Part shown: piece after piece, positions 38,895 through 53,904 of the stretch
Layout: every line of letters begins with the position of its first letter
Numbering within the stretch: the stretch's first letter is position 1
Origin: Eledone cirrhosa
Lineage: Eukaryota
DNA length: 64,000 nucleotides
NCBI GenBank assembly: GCA_964016885.1
Contig: OZ024742.1
Span: 238,390,001 to 238,454,000 of the forward strand
Direction of reading: 5' to 3'
Translations under genes and position numbers: made by a program
The notes under the pieces: generated by a model
What the model was told of the DNA's origin: nothing
Databases searched by the model: none
Seen by the model: the letters and a program-made list of their open reading frames with translations, nothing else

Positions 38895-39594
38895 ATATAT
38901 AAGTATGTATACGTACATACATATATGTTTACGGACGTACAGCAGTATGTATATATATATATATACATACATGCTCACATATATATATGTACGTATGGTT
39001 TTACCGAACATTTATTATAATGCTCGGTGTGTTTGTAAACAAACATCCCGAATTAAGCCGTACAGTGTTTAGCAACCATCGTTGCCCTTTTGTTCAACAC
39101 TGACAAAGGAACGATGTACTAGTTTCAAGCTTATTAGTTATCGTCAGCACCGTATACCTTCCTGCCAGATGATTGAACGTCTGAAAGTATATACTTTTTT
39201 TTATGCATATTAACGGCTGAGCAGCCTAATTTGCATATCGAGTGAGTTAATCGGCCGGGTGCACCGAAAAGAATAAATGGAAAAAATGAAACGAAATTTC
39301 AATTCTCACTCTTAGTACGGCTACTACTTAAATATAAGTATGTATACATAATGATGGTTGCTAAACACTGTACGGCTTAATTCGGGATGTTTGTTTACAA
39401 ACACACCGAGCATTATAATAAATGTTCGGTAAATCCATACGTACATATATATATATATGTGTGTGCATGTATGTATATATATATATACATACTACTGTAC
39501 GTCTGTATACATATATGTATGTACGTATACATACTTATATTTAAGTAACAGCCGTACTAAGAGTGAGAAAATAAATTTCGTTTCATTTTTTCCG

Positions 39595-39595
<1 letters not shown>
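38895..39595. repeat. Nested foldback: arms ~38990-39080 / ~39353-39445 and ~39279-39347 / ~39525-39593
   Basis: ttaccgaacatttattataatgctcggtgt...agcaaccatc pairs with gatggttgct...aatgttcggtaa; ttctcactcttagtacggct pairs with agccgtactaagagtgagaa. Confidence 0.9.
39111..39153 (-). ncRNA. Minimal type I hammerhead motif in the foldback spacer
   Basis: Minus strand: ACGGUG-CUGACGA-UAACUAAUAAGCUU-GAAA-CUAG-UA^CAUCGU; 6-bp stem I, palindromic stem III, weak stem II. Confidence 0.65.
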
Positions 39596-39667
<72 letters not shown>

Positions 39668-39789
39668 AACCAGTAAGACCCCGACAGCTGAGCTCAAGCC
39701 GTTTCGACGGCTAATTCTGGACTGGCTAATTCTGTATTGAGTACTTTGGTGCGTTATGGTCCACCTGGTTCCTTACCACATTTCCTTCG

Positions 39790-39889
<100 letters not shown>

Positions 39890-39894
39890 ATATG

Positions 39895-39977
<83 letters not shown>

Positions 39978-40001
39978 TATATATATGTATATATGAATGT
40001 T

Positions 40002-40032
<31 letters not shown>

Positions 40033-40155
40033 TATGTATATATATATATATGTATATATGTATAAAGTATATATGTATATATATATATACATATATATCA
40101 ATACATATATATATGTGTATATGTATATATATATGTGTGTGTGTATATATATATA

Positions 40156-40197
<42 letters not shown>

Positions 40198-41232
40198 CAT
40201 AGATCTGTAAGATCTATAAACACAAGATTATGTCAAATCTTGGAGAATTGGTGGCTGTATGTGTTGTATAGTGCACAGACAGCCCTGATCTTGCTATCGA
40301 CATTAGTTCCCAGTTTAACACGTCATATTTTCTGTTAAATAAATATCTTTTCTGTTATGTTATGTTTTTCAGTATATTTTAATCAAAGTGGACGCGACAT
40401 AGCTGAATTGTTAAGAAATCGCTTTACAACCATAAGGTCATGAGTTCTATCCCACTGCGTGGCATCTTGGGCAAGTGTTATTTACCATAGCCTCGATTCA
40501 ACCCAAGCCTTGTGTGGAAAATTGAGGAGACGGAAACTGTGTGGGAGCCCGTCTGGTGGAATGACGACACTTATACTTCAAAGGGCCAGCCATGACACAT
40601 AGTGTTTCATTACGCTGAATTTCCCTGAGAATTATGTTAAGAGTGTCCGTGATGTCGAATGTTTAGCCACATACACGTTAATCTTATGAACAGGCTGTTC
40701 TCCCTTTGATAGAACAATTGGCGACATCGTCAAAACCGGGGATGGATTAAGCTTGTGTGAGGCCCCGTGTTAAACATTTCATCGGAGCCCTTGCTTATTA
40801 TTTATGGTAGCAAAAGAAAATAATTTTGGCTACGTTAAATATTGTGGGAACCCCTGGTTACAGCTCAGTCAGCAGTACCACATCCGACCATTTATTCCGC
40901 CACTGATCGAAACCGACGGAAGTCCATCTTAACCTAAACCCTGTCAACACAAACAATTTTTAGATATCAAATTTTGTTTTTAAAAACAGACTTGATTGAA
41001 AGCTTTAATAGTGTCTAAATTTTGGGGATAGAATCATCAGATTCCAAATCATAGAGAACTAATATACCGAACGTCAACAAAATTTGGGGAGAAAATCGCT
41101 AAATGATTAGAGATTAAACATATATTGTTTATATGGTGTTTCTCTTGTACACCTGGACACATGGATATGTGGATTCCAAAGTTCTAGATTTCTGCTTAAA
41201 CTTCTTTTATCCGCAGTATAATAATAATGATG

Positions 41233-42678
41233 ATTTCTTTATTATTGGCCACAAGGGTCGAACATAGAGGACAATACAATGACGGGGACAGTGAAGGTTT
41301 ACATTCAATCGAGTAAAAATATCAACAACAGAATTCACCAATAGGCGGGACCCCCACCCAGGGGTGACGTTAGGAATCCCACAAATCCCAACCCACCCTC
41401 ATCTCCATGAGCACCCTAGGAGGGCGCGCCTCTCTCCCTCCATCTTTCCAGCCTACTGACGCATGCTCAGAGTGGGCCCATTCACACGGGTCATCCTCGC
41501 AACAATCACACTCTTTTTCAAAAATGTTCTTGGGGCTGCATTTCTCTCTCCACCCTCATCTTCCTTTCCAAGCGGAACTTGAAAAAGTTGATGAGGGCTT
41601 GACCGAAGAGAAAAGTATCTGTCTTCAGACCTTTCAGTCGCGTCCACCACACAGCCTCTTTTGCTACAGCTATCAGACAGGAAAACTGCCTGCTCTTCCT
41701 GGCCAAAAGAAGGCGGCGAGGCGATCTTCACTATGGACTCGGTCGATAGCCGGATCCGTCCCTCACACGATAACAGTTGTTCGACTTAACTCAATAAGTC
41801 AGCAATACATGGCCACAGGATGAGTGTGTACAAAACAGTTTCGTTACTCTGCGCGCATCTCGGACAGCTCCGTCTGACAGCACTACCAGGCCTATAGAGT
41901 TTATCTCGAACCGGTAGGGCTCCCCGGTAGCACTGCCAAGTGAGGGATTTCTGGAAATTGTTCCTAGTCCCCGGCTCGAAAGTCCTCCGGAAAAGACTGG
42001 CTAGTTCGTTCTCGTCGACGCCTAGAATTTCTCCGAGAGCGTCGTCGTACTTGCCCACCATTAATGCTTTAGAGAACTCTAGAGGGGAAGTTCCACTGGC
42101 CGCATTGCCTGCTTGGTAGAGGACAGTGAACGCCTGGCAACATTCCAGATGCCTGGCGCCTTATTGACCAAGGATGGCAGCTTAGTCAAAGAGACGAGCT
42201 GCGGAAAGGCCTGTCTGACAAACGACGACCACACCTGTTCACTATTTATGCAGACTATCTGGAGATGCCGCAGCCTCAGCACATGTTTGTGCATCATTAG
42301 CCACGGCATTCCCAGCCCTCCGCGTAGAGGGTGTTGGCAGCAGATGGACCGCCTCACCAACGGAACCTCTCCCCTTGACCAGAAGTTGAAGAGGAGCCGC
42401 TCCAATTTGGTGAGGCACAAACAGGGGCAAAGCGCGTGGTCAGGCGGTAGTAATGACGGACCCGTTCGTCACCTCCACCAGACATTACAGGGAAAGTTTC
42501 CTCTTGGTCCAATTCTGATTGAGAATGGCTACCGTGATCGTCACCTCGCCCAATTCTTATCCACCTGGAGGTCTGGTCCAAACCTAACCCCGAGCAAATT
42601 TACCGGTCCGTCCGTCCAGCGCCCAACGGCATGGACTTGCTTCTCCAGGTGCCGAGCTGTAAGCCCACCGACTTTTCC
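41233..42678 (-). mobile_element. Tx1/L1-clade LINE 3' fragment (decayed)
   Basis: GRWTDGPVNLLGV, QHPLRGGLGMPWL, WQCYRGALPVRDKL motifs; AATAAT flanks. Confidence 0.85.
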
Positions 42679-42692
42679 AATAATAATAATAA

Positions 42693-42800
42693 GTGGGAAT
42701 TTAAAAGGGTTTAGAACTGTCATGAGATCAAGGTGGTCCCCATCGTCATGGGAGCACTGGGTACTATCTCGAAGAGTTTCCAAGGCTGGCTAAAGATCAT
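42693..42800 (+). mobile_element. Short R4/Dong-clade fragment
   Basis: Reverse complement of the 1500-1590 / 3300-3400 region (EIKVVPIVMGALGTISK). Confidence 0.65.
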
Positions 42801-42883
42801 CAATGATTGAGACATCAAGTAAAAATAAAAATGAATTAATAAATAAATAAATGATGATGACGAAGATAATAATAATAATAATT

Positions 42884-42951
<68 letters not shown>

Positions 42952-42953
<2 letters not shown>

Positions 42954-44041
42954 TCACATGATTGGGTGATCAAACTCGTTTTGAAACACGAAAGCATCAA
43001 AAGATCATACTCCATTACAAAAGATGCACAAAGATACAGTAATGGACTACAAATTTCAGAAGTCCCATTTACTGCTGAAATGGAAAACACAGAAAAAGCA
43101 GGTAAAAGTAACTGCAAAGAAAGAACTGCTACAGAAACTGGCTAAGAAATGGCAAGAAAAGCCTCTGTATGGAAAATACCCAGAAAGAGCTAACAATCCT
43201 GATGTTGATAAAACTTTAACCCATCAGTGGTTGGCATCCTCTGGACTGAAATCGGAGACTGAAGGACTGATTATATCAGCACAAGATCAGTGTCTGCCAA
43301 CAAAAAATTACCAAGCCAACATAATAAAAAATGGATGCAGTCCATTATGCCGTGTATGTAAAAAACAACCAGAGACCATTGATCATATAATTTCAATGTG
43401 CAGTCCTATAGCTCCAACCGAATACCTAAACAGGCATGACAGAGTTGCACAATACATACATTGGATAATGTGTAAGCATTTTGACCTGCCCCATCAAAAG
43501 AATTGGTGGGAGCATCAACCACCTCCCATACTTGAAAAAGATCACATCTCAATCTTGTGGAACTTTAGCATCCAAACAGACCGAAAAATAGATGCAAATA
43601 GACCTGATATAATACTGAAGGACTTTAAAAAGAGGGTATGCCTGCTAACTGATATGTCTGTTCCAATAGACAAGAGTGTATCTATAAAAACATTTGAAAA
43701 ATTGAGCAAGTATAAAGACCTGGAGATAGAAATTGGAAAAATGTGGAAATTGAGAACTAAAACTAGAACTAGAAATGATACCTAAGGGGTCTAATGATTA
43801 CTTATCGCAAATCCCAGGAAACCCGCGTATAGGAGAAATACAAAAGATAGTACTAATGGGAACTGCCCATATACGAAGGAAGATTCTGTCAATATAAGTA
43901 CATCACAAGTCTAAACACCTAAAGATGCATGTGTGAGTATGTATGTTCTTTCTTGAACATGGCGGACCTTGTTGTCTCTTGAGGTCACTGGTTGTGACTT
44001 GGTGTTAACTCGTATGAACATAAAGCAAGATAAATGCAGCT

Positions 44042-44042
<1 letters not shown>
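42952..44042 (+). mobile_element. R4/Dong-clade non-LTR retrotransposon, 3' fragment
   Basis: ORF 43024-43785: AQDQCLPT, CRVCKKQPETIDHIISMC, RHDRV, NRPDI, EKLSKYKDL; long (TAA)n on both flanks. Confidence 0.88.
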
Positions 44043-44084
<42 letters not shown>

Positions 44085-44091
<7 letters not shown>

Positions 44092-44255
44092 TGTTTCAAC
44101 ATTTGGCACAAGGCCAGCAATTATCCCAGTGTATTACTGGTACTTTATTTTATCGACCCCATAAGGATAAAAGGCAAAGTTAACCTCGGCAGGATTTGAA
44201 CTCAAACGTAAAGAGACGTAACTCTATGCTGAAAAGCATGGCGTCCGGCCCTCTA
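44085..44255 (-). mobile_element. SINE family A, followed by a Tx1-LINE 3' tip (~44296-44400)
   Basis: Consensus match; the LINE tip is nearly identical to 47672-47780. Confidence 0.75.
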
Positions 44256-44429
44256 CTACTACTACTACTAATAATAATAATAATAATAATAATAATGATT
44301 TCTTTATTGGCCACAAGGGCTGACATCAAGAAAAACATTACAGACGGCACAGGACGGTACGATGTGGGTTTTGTGCGTGTAAGTATTTTTATTATTTATA
44401 TAAGAAATAATAATAATAATAGGAGGGGG

Positions 44430-45545
44430 AGGAGGGGGTGGCCTTATGCAACTAGAAAACTCTTATAAAATAACTACTTTTGGACTACAAAAATACCTAA
44501 TAAAAAACAAAGGAAAGCTAATAAAAATAGCCATGAAACATGAACAAAACAAAAAACTTTTCTGTCATCAGGGAAGCCAAAAAATTCAAATCGGAAACTC
44601 GACCAACAGACAATTGTGAAGAAAATGAAAATAAAGAAAAAAACAACAATAGAAATTGTGAAAAACAAAATTTAAATTGAAAACTGACATCCAGAATGCC
44701 ATGTTAAAACGATGGCAATAGAAATCCTTACACGGCCAATACCCCAAAAAGCTAAATAGAAAGGAAATAGACAAAGAAAACACACAAAACTGGCTCCGAA
44801 GCACTGGACTAAAAGCTGAGACGGAAGATTCTAATTGAAGCGCGGGACCAGAGTCTACCCACCAGAAACTACCAGAAGTACATTATGAAACAAAGTACTA
44901 TAAGTAACTGTAGAATATGTGGGGATAGGGAAGAAACAATCAACCACATAGTCTCTGGATGCCCAGCTCTAGACAAAAAAAGAATACATTCACAGGCATG
45001 ATAGAGTTGGGACCTTCATACACTGGTAATTATGTCAGCATTATGAAATACCAACAGAAAAAAGATGATACAAACACACACCACAAAAAGAGTCAGAGAA
45101 TAACAAAGCAACCATGCTCTGGGATATGCCAATACATACAGACAGAGATATCAAAACCAAAGACCACAAAGAAAAAATGCCTTCTAATAGATGTATCTAT
45201 CCCCACAGACGACAATATATCTTCCAAGGAAATAGAGAAACTCTCCAAATATAAAGATCTAGAGATAGAACTAATGTGGAATCGAATGTGGAAAATGAGA
45301 ACAGAAAAAATGCCTATAATAATAGGTGCTCTAAGAATGAGAAAAAAAACACACAGCCAAATACAAAATCCTAAGACTTACAAACATATACAGCATAAAA
45401 AAGATAGCACTACTAGGCACTGCGCACATATTACGAAAAGTACTATCAATACAATAGAAACAACATCAACAAAAACTACACTGCTCATACCCAAGGCACA
45501 CAGAGCTGTGCTCAGTAAAGCAGTAATGATGCGCAGTAAAAATAA
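44430..45545 (+). mobile_element. R4/Dong-clade 3' fragment (decayed)
   Basis: CRICGDREETINHIVSGC, LIDVSIPTDDNISSKEIEKLSKYKDLEIEL; TAA repeats at both ends. Confidence 0.8.
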
Positions 45546-45559
45546 TAACAATAACTAAT

Positions 45560-45612
45560 GATTTCTTTATTAACCACAAGCAAAAATATTATGACAGTAC
45601 AGGACGAAAACA

Positions 45613-45676
<64 letters not shown>

Positions 45677-47605
45677 GTGCGTGCGTGTTGGTGTGTGGGT
45701 TTTGCGTATAAACAAATTTTAATAAATTTAAAAAAAAACAGATAACAATAAAATTAAAACAATGAAGGTTCCTCAATAGGTCATTCGTGGAAAAAAAGCC
45801 ATAAAACTACGGATGCCCTGATCTTAAGGGTAGGAGCCCTGTCCCAGTTGTACTCTTCCAATCTACAGTCTCACGCACAGATTGGGCCCATTCACTCGGG
45901 CCATGCTCGCTTTCTTCACCTAACTTTCAATAAATTGATTTGAAGGCAGCACTTCTCTCTCAATCCTAATTTTCCTCGTCTAGTGGAATCCGAAGAAGTT
46001 AATCAGGGCTTCGCCAAAGAGGAGAATGCTCGCTTTCAAACCTTTCAAGCGTGTCCACCATACAACAAGACATAAAAACGGCCTGACCTTCTTGACTCAA
46101 AGAAAGCGGCGGGATAATCTTCAGAATGAACTTGGTTGATAACCGAATTTGTCCTACACGTGACATAAACCCACAAGTCAGCAATGCTCGAACACTGGAC
46201 GAGTGTGTGCAGGACGGTTTCGACGCCCTGCATACATCTCGGACAGGTCTGGCTGACGGCACTTCCATGTCTGTAAAGTTTATCTCGAACTGGCAAAGTT
46301 CCTCAGTAACACTGCAAGGCCAGGAATTTTTGGAAATTATCTATGGGGCCTGGACCGAAAGTTCTTCCGAAAAGAGTGGCTAGTTGATTTTCGTCGATGT
46401 CTAGAGTTTCCCTAAGAACGTCGTCGCTTTTATCTGCCACTAACCCTCTATATAACGCGAAGGTGGAGTTTCCAACGATCATATTGCCCGATTTTAGAAG
46501 GACTGTAGCGCCTGAAGACATTTCAGTTTCCAAGCTCTCTCCCTCGGTCTCCGCTTGACCCAAGACTGTAGCTCCGTTAAGGATATGAGCTGGGGGGGGA
46601 TGCATCTGGGGAATGGCGACCACACCTGTTCACCGTTTAGGATAAGATAGCCATGTCGTAGCCTTAGCACATGTCTAGACTCATTCCCAGTCCTCCACGC
46701 AGAGGCTGTTGACAGCAGATGGCCCGCCTGACCATTGGAACGCATCCTTTCCACAAGAATTGAAAGGGCAAACGTTCCAGTGCAGTCAGACGGGGTTAGA
46801 GACAAGGCACGGCGGTCAAGTGGTAGTAGATGACGGACGCGATGAATGTGTTCACCACCTCTGCCCTACCTTTCAGGGACAGCTTTCTCTTGGCCCATTT
46901 CTGGGTGAGATTGGCCACTCTGTTCGTCACCTCATCCCAATTTCTGTCCATCTGGAGGCCAGGGCCAAACCACTTTTAGACGGCATGGACCTGCCTCTCT
47001 ATGTGCAGGGCTGCAGGCCCATGGATTTTTCCTGGTTAATTTTCACACCCGTCACCGCTTCGTATTCCTTCAGAGCAGTGCCGATCACCTCAATGAGTAT
47101 GGTGTTTTACATTATGACTGTGACGTCGACGGATTGAGCCGACGCAGATCTTACAGGTCTTAGTTCGCGCGGGATGCACCTCAACGTCTCTAATGTGTGT
47201 TGTAGTGGCTTGAGAGTCAATACGTACAACAGGGACGAGAGGGGACAGCCTTGATGAACCGAACGCATGGTGTTGAATGGTTCCGGGAGGTGACCGTTCA
47301 CTCTGACCGCAGATGTTACTATGCATAGTAGTTATCCATCCTCTGAAAACCGGCCCAAAGCCTGCTGCTTTGAAGACCACCGCCAGGTATCAATGGTAGA
47401 CCCTATCGAACGCTTTGGATTGATCCAAGTTGACCAGTTCCCCACCCGTGCCAGGTTCTTTAGCTACCCTCTCTATGCTATATTGCATGAGATGGAGGTT
47501 GTCGTGGATTGATCTCTTGGGAATGGCATATAATTTGTGCCTCTCCCACCAGACCACCGACGACAAGCGCCAACCTCATTGCTAACACCTTAACCAAAAT
47601 TTTGA
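45560..47605 (-). mobile_element. Tx1/L1-clade LINE fragment containing a decayed RT core
   Basis: LDQSKAFDRV, RSVHQGCPLSSLLYVL and the zinc-binding domain; (TAA)n at 47606-47671. Confidence 0.85.
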
Positions 47606-47671
<66 letters not shown>

Positions 47672-47673
<2 letters not shown>

Positions 47674-48462
47674 TTTCTTTATTGGCCACAAGGGCTGACA
47701 TCAAGAAAAACATTACAGACGGCACAGGACGGTACGATGTGGGTTTTGTTCGTGTAAAGATTTTTATTATTTATATAAGAAAAGAAAAAAAGGACATAGA
47801 AACATATATATATATATATAAACAATAAAAATGAATATTGAAACAATGAAAAATTCCCCAATAGGGGGGAAACCTCCGAGTGTTACTCGTGGCAAAAACC
47901 ACACAAAAGACCATGGCCACTCTGACCACCAGGACAAGCGCCCTCTCTCAATGTTTCCATTTCTCAAACTACAGACGTATATTCAGAGTGGTCCCGTTCA
48001 CTCGGACCATTCTAGCTACATTCACCCACCTTTCAACAAACTTGCTAGAAGGCAGCACTTGCCTCTCCACCCTGATTTTCCTCTTCAAGTGAAACTTGAA
48101 AAAGTTAATTAGGGATTCGCCGAAGAGGAAAGTGTTTTTCTTTAATCCTTTCAACCTTGTCCACCACACAATCTCTTTCGCCATGGCCACCAGGCAGATG
48201 AAAACCGCCTGCCCTTCCTCCTCGAAGGAAGACGGCGAGACCATCTACACAATGGACTCAGTCGATAACCGGATCAGTCCTACACGGGACAGCAACTGTT
48301 CAACATAGCTCCACAAGTCAGCAATGCTCGGGCACTGAACGAGTGAGTGCACGACGGTTTCGTCGCTCTGCACGCATCTCGGACAGGCTCGGCTGACGGC
48401 ACTTCCGTACCTGTAGAGCTTATCTCGAACCGGCAACGCTCCTCGGTAGCACTGCCAGGCCA
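47672..48462 (-). mobile_element. Tx1/L1-clade LINE 3' fragment
   Basis: ORFs 48245-48484 and 47969-48244; (TAA)n on both flanks. Confidence 0.88.
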
Positions 48463-48482
48463 TCATCATCATAATAATAATC

Positions 48483-48536
<54 letters not shown>

Positions 48537-48670
48537 TGAAGGCAATGTCAATCTTAACATTTAAAATTTTGAAAAGCTTGATTTTTGCCTAAAAATAATA
48601 AAATATAAATCTGTATGTATATATATATACATATATATATATACATACATATATATATATACACACACAC

Positions 48671-48726
<56 letters not shown>

Positions 48727-48750
48727 ATATAATATACAACATAAGATAAT

Positions 48751-48817
48751 TATTTCATTTACCAATGGTTTCTTGAAGACAGATATTTATGTCTGTCTTC
48801 ATTCATCAGAAGAAATA
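48751..48817 (-). ncRNA. Type I hammerhead ribozyme motif
   Basis: Minus strand: UAUUUCUU-CUGAUGA-aUGAAGACAGA(loop)UCUGUCUUCAa-GAAA-CCAUUGG-UA^AAUGAAAUA; perfect 10-bp stem II; next to (TA)n. Confidence 0.75.
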
Positions 48818-50075
48818 TTTATTTATGAATAACTAAAAAGCTCTGTAGCCTACATAGAGCACTCTCTTTTCCTTTACCTTTCCTACGGAAATAATTCATT
48901 CATATATATATATATGTACATATATATATACATGTATATAGGTATATATATAGATATAGATATAGATATAGATATAATAAATATATAATACATATATATA
49001 TATATATATATATAAACACAAAGAAGTGTTTTCAATTACATGGGTTGAAAACCACTAAATTATCTCTAGGTGTGCTGTTCGTATGAGCCTTACTCCTGTT
49101 GAGAAGCCCTGGCATTATGTGATACAGCCACTAATTTATGACGAAACAAACTATCTGTAGTTTGTCCAGGAGTTTAATAGTTATTGAAATGGTTAGTACA
49201 TTTTAAATCCTTTTTTCCGGTTATTATGTATTTTCCGTTTGTTCATAGATTGTATGCATTGCACCAAAGTGGTTTTCAACCCATGTAATTCAAAACACGC
49301 TTCTTTGTGTGTTTATTTCTATATATTATATTATAAAGAGCACAGTTTTTATACTTTGAGCTCATTAATTACAGGGTATTAACGTGAGTTTTTAACTCCG
49401 TTTTTCATTTATATATATATATATATATTATATTATATTATATATATCATGATGATGGTGATGATGATATATATAAATCTATATATATTAGAATGACTCT
49501 TTCACATATCATAGACTTAAATCATAATCATTAACTGAATTCGTTTAGGCAAAGGGTAAAACATATTTTTTCTGAGTAGAAATATGACGTCTATATGTGT
49601 GTGTGCGTAATAGGCGGTTATGATTATTTTGGGAAAACGGCTACAATGTTAATTAGTAAAAGTGTAAACAGTTGTTTTGTTTTCATTTTCTTACTTTACT
49701 TTAGTTTTCACCCTTCATTGTACCGGCTTTCCCAAAATATTCCTAGCCATACGTATATATGCATATACATAAATAAATGTATACAAACATAGCTGCTTGA
49801 AGGTATTTCTAATCACAAAAGAATGAGGCATCTATTATAAGCATAAAGTTAAATATATTTAATTCGTGGAACTAGTGAAGTTCTGAAGAAAATGTTACTC
49901 CCAAGAATGCAAGTCCGTATTTCAATAAATATCTATAGAATATGTATGCCAGAAACAAAATATTAGTACCATGAAATTTGACCAACGTCATTATGGAAAT
50001 GTGCATATCTATATATAAATATATATGTGCGTGTGTGTGTATATATGTGTGTGCGCGTGAGTGTGTATGTGTGTG

Positions 50076-50165
<90 letters not shown>

Positions 50166-50205
50166 TTCAAAATATTAACAAAATAGATATTCTTGTGATC
50201 AAGTA

Positions 50206-50272
50206 TATTTTATTATACATATTTCAGAGGTACTGATTTAAGTTCAACAGTACGTCCTCATCAGATAAAATA
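50206..50272 (-). ncRNA. Type I hammerhead ribozyme motif, same family as 15737-15800
   Basis: Minus strand: UAUUUUAU-CUGAUGA-GGACGUACUG(loop)CAGUACCUCU-GAAA-UAUGUA-UA^AUAAAAUA; perfect 8-bp stem I; different stem II sequence that still pairs. Confidence 0.8.
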
Positions 50273-50361
50273 AGATGATGCATGACATAGTAGATGGTTA
50301 AGATTCAGTCATGGTAGTGATTAACATATGATGATGTATTCATTGAACTTTGTTTAACTTT

Positions 50362-50429
<68 letters not shown>

Positions 50430-50560
50430 GATAAATCTACCAAGAGTTTACGGTAGTGTCCAATCCGTATGAAGAACTCAATGTATTCCGGATATCATGG
50501 AAAGAAGAAATGTAATGAAAAATCACTTTCGGTGAAAGATAAACGGTATACAGAGTCAAG

Positions 50561-51187
<627 letters not shown>

Positions 51188-53752
51188 TAGGGTTATGACT
51201 TTTTGTAACCCTATGTTTCTGTGCCATAACGATGAATAGATGAAAAAGGCATGAATTTGTTTTAGTTCTTGAAAAAGGTCACCCCAAACCGAAAATTTGA
51301 TTTTACCATATATGCCATAAGGGTAAAAAATTAAAATATTTCGGAAGCTTTATTTTTCAATTTCCTAATAACCTAATTGGATAGTACTTATCTATGTTTA
51401 ACTTTTTTAACAGTTTATAGCTATAGCATAACATACAGCCTTAGAAATAAACAAAAATTGCAAATTTGCATTTACAATTAGAAACTTACATCTACAAGTA
51501 AGAATACCTACATAACAAAAAGAATGTGGAATATTTAGTATAATTATAGCATAATATACAATTGTGTTTTGTTAGACAAAATAAATCTAAGCTAAATTTT
51601 CTCTTTCTTTCTATAGACGTCATAAAGATCTTGAAGTCACTTGATTGCCCGTTGTTCACACTGATTCGTTCTGGGAATTTTGAGTCTCGATGGTTCTGGA
51701 TTCCAAAACTTTTTCACAGAGTTTAATGCATTTTTGTGAGTCTTTAAGCTGCTGCATAGCTTCTGGTAATCATCTGCATTGTAGATTTGATCTGTAAACC
51801 AATGGTCCGCTCATCTGTGAGAGATGAATCTACAAATTTCGACTAGCAAGTCTCTTTTCTCTGGTAGAAGAATAAAAGCTAAAAGAGCTAGTATTCCTCT
51901 ACAATTCCATTTTGCATTACTCAAGTCAGGTATTTTTTGGAACTTTACTTTAGGAAATCTTCCAGTTTCTTCGAAAAGGCGGAAAACTCGAGTTAAATAA
52001 AATAGAAATTTCGTATCATCACGCCATCCTGCTGTTTCAGTAATCTCTTCTTTACCATTCTTGAAATTATTCTTCAGCTGTTTGTAGTTATTTACAAGTT
52101 CACGGATACTTGATATTGGGCGATGTGTTCTTTCCTCCAAATTCGGGATCTATTACTACGCGAAGCAATTGTTCAAAAGCATGATGTTGACAGCCAATGA
52201 ATTGTGGTTCCTCCAGTTTCTTTTAAGCAAATAGCCTTTGTAACTGAATAACAATCCCATTCCTGCTCCCAATGTTCGTATTCGTAGCGTCCGCAACAAT
52301 TATTTTTATGCTCTTCCATAAATTGTATTCATCCAGAACCTATTATTCCTTTGACAACAGTATCCGCTTTTTCCATTTGGTAGACCTATTGCTTCTAACT
52401 TAACTTCTCTTCTTTCATTCTTCAAAACGAACACTTGATATACTTGGTCATCAATTTCTTTACCATCAAAATTCAATGACCAATTTCCTAAGTGTAGTGT
52501 TTTCTTCATTTTTTCTTTAAGTTTAACAGCTTCTTTAATAGTAGATATATAAATACCAGATTGGGAAGGTGTCTGAACCTCAATTCTTTCTTGAGATAAC
52601 TGCTGACAAACATTTGCTGCTTTGCTGGTTCATAAGGTTGTTACTAATTTGGTTGCAGTTTTGGTTTTGCTATACTTCTTTCGTTTTCTTGTAAATTGTT
52701 TCCCAGAACTTTCGGACTCTCCATATTCACTCTCTGATTGCGTCTCTGGTTCGGAAGTTGAAGTTATATTTGTTGTTATTGTTGTTTTAGTTTGCTCCAA
52801 GGTCACTTTTCTTCTTTTGGATAGATGAATAATTTTGGAACTCGCAGTCTCTCCAGTTGTATATCCAACATGTCTTTTGCTTTCGATCTGAAGATGATAT
52901 AATCTCCTGTCCTCAATGCACAGCCATTCACCATTTTCTTTTGTGATATCAAAACTTTCATTCAATGAATCATATTTTCTTCATTTCAAACATTCATGTT
53001 AGGTATTTAACGCTTGATCCAGTTTTTCTTGTATAACTTGAGTTGATAAATTTAGGAAATTTAATTTCTTTTGCCATAAACTTGTTACCTTTTTAGCAAT
53101 TTCTTTTATACGATCTTTCCTTCCTTTGATGGATGCTCCAATGAACAGATAGCGACCAATTATTTGTATCCTGCTTTACCTTTCCAGTGATTGTTCTTCT
53201 TGTGGAACAGTTCTTCTTTTCTTATGTGATTCTTGAAATCTTATGAGCTTCTTTGTCCAGATCTTTGTTTCTTTCAGTGGCAGAAGCAGTTTATTTTTTG
53301 TTGTTGTTTTTTTGTGAAACATTATGCTTAAAAATGAATACTTGGAGATCTTTCAGCAAATCAACAGATTGCTTTCTCAATCAGGAATCTTGTATATTCT
53401 GAAAGAAAGAATATTTTATCACAAACGCAACACACATTTCCCATTTGCCTTATCTAAATGACAACCCCAATCGCCCACGATTATATAATCCCACAAAATG
53501 CACGTCATAAATTTTCAGAAAGTTCTAGAAGGCTCCAAAAACTTCTAGAAGGTTCCAGAAAGTCCTAGAAGGCTCCAGAAATTCATAGTACTACTATACT
53601 TATATATGGTTTTTAAAATGTGATGTTGGGGGTGACATCTCTTTAAAAATAAGCAACATTAAGCCTTTCTTCATTGTTTATGAACAAAAGTTCATCGAAT
53701 TATGATACAGGAAATCAACTATTTTACAAAAAGTCAAAAAGTCATAACCCTA
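51188..53752 (-). mobile_element. Decayed hAT-like DDE DNA transposon, ~2.56 kb, with TIRs
   Basis: 18-bp TIRs TAGGGTTATGACTTTTTG / CAAAAAGTCATAACCCTA; fragmented transposase with LNFDGK, VADATNTNIG, IGCQHH (CxxH), SNAKW, TNQCEQRAIK; 20-bp subterminal repeats at ~53515-53582. Confidence 0.75.
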
Positions 53753-53814
53753 AATACATATATTTATGTACATATACATATATACATCTTCTTCATATTA
53801 AACTTATATATATA

Positions 53815-53904
<90 letters not shown>

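Noticed and set aside
49875-49975. CTGAAGA...GAAAC...GTA candidate hammerhead
   Set aside because: No convincing stem I or stem II pairing.
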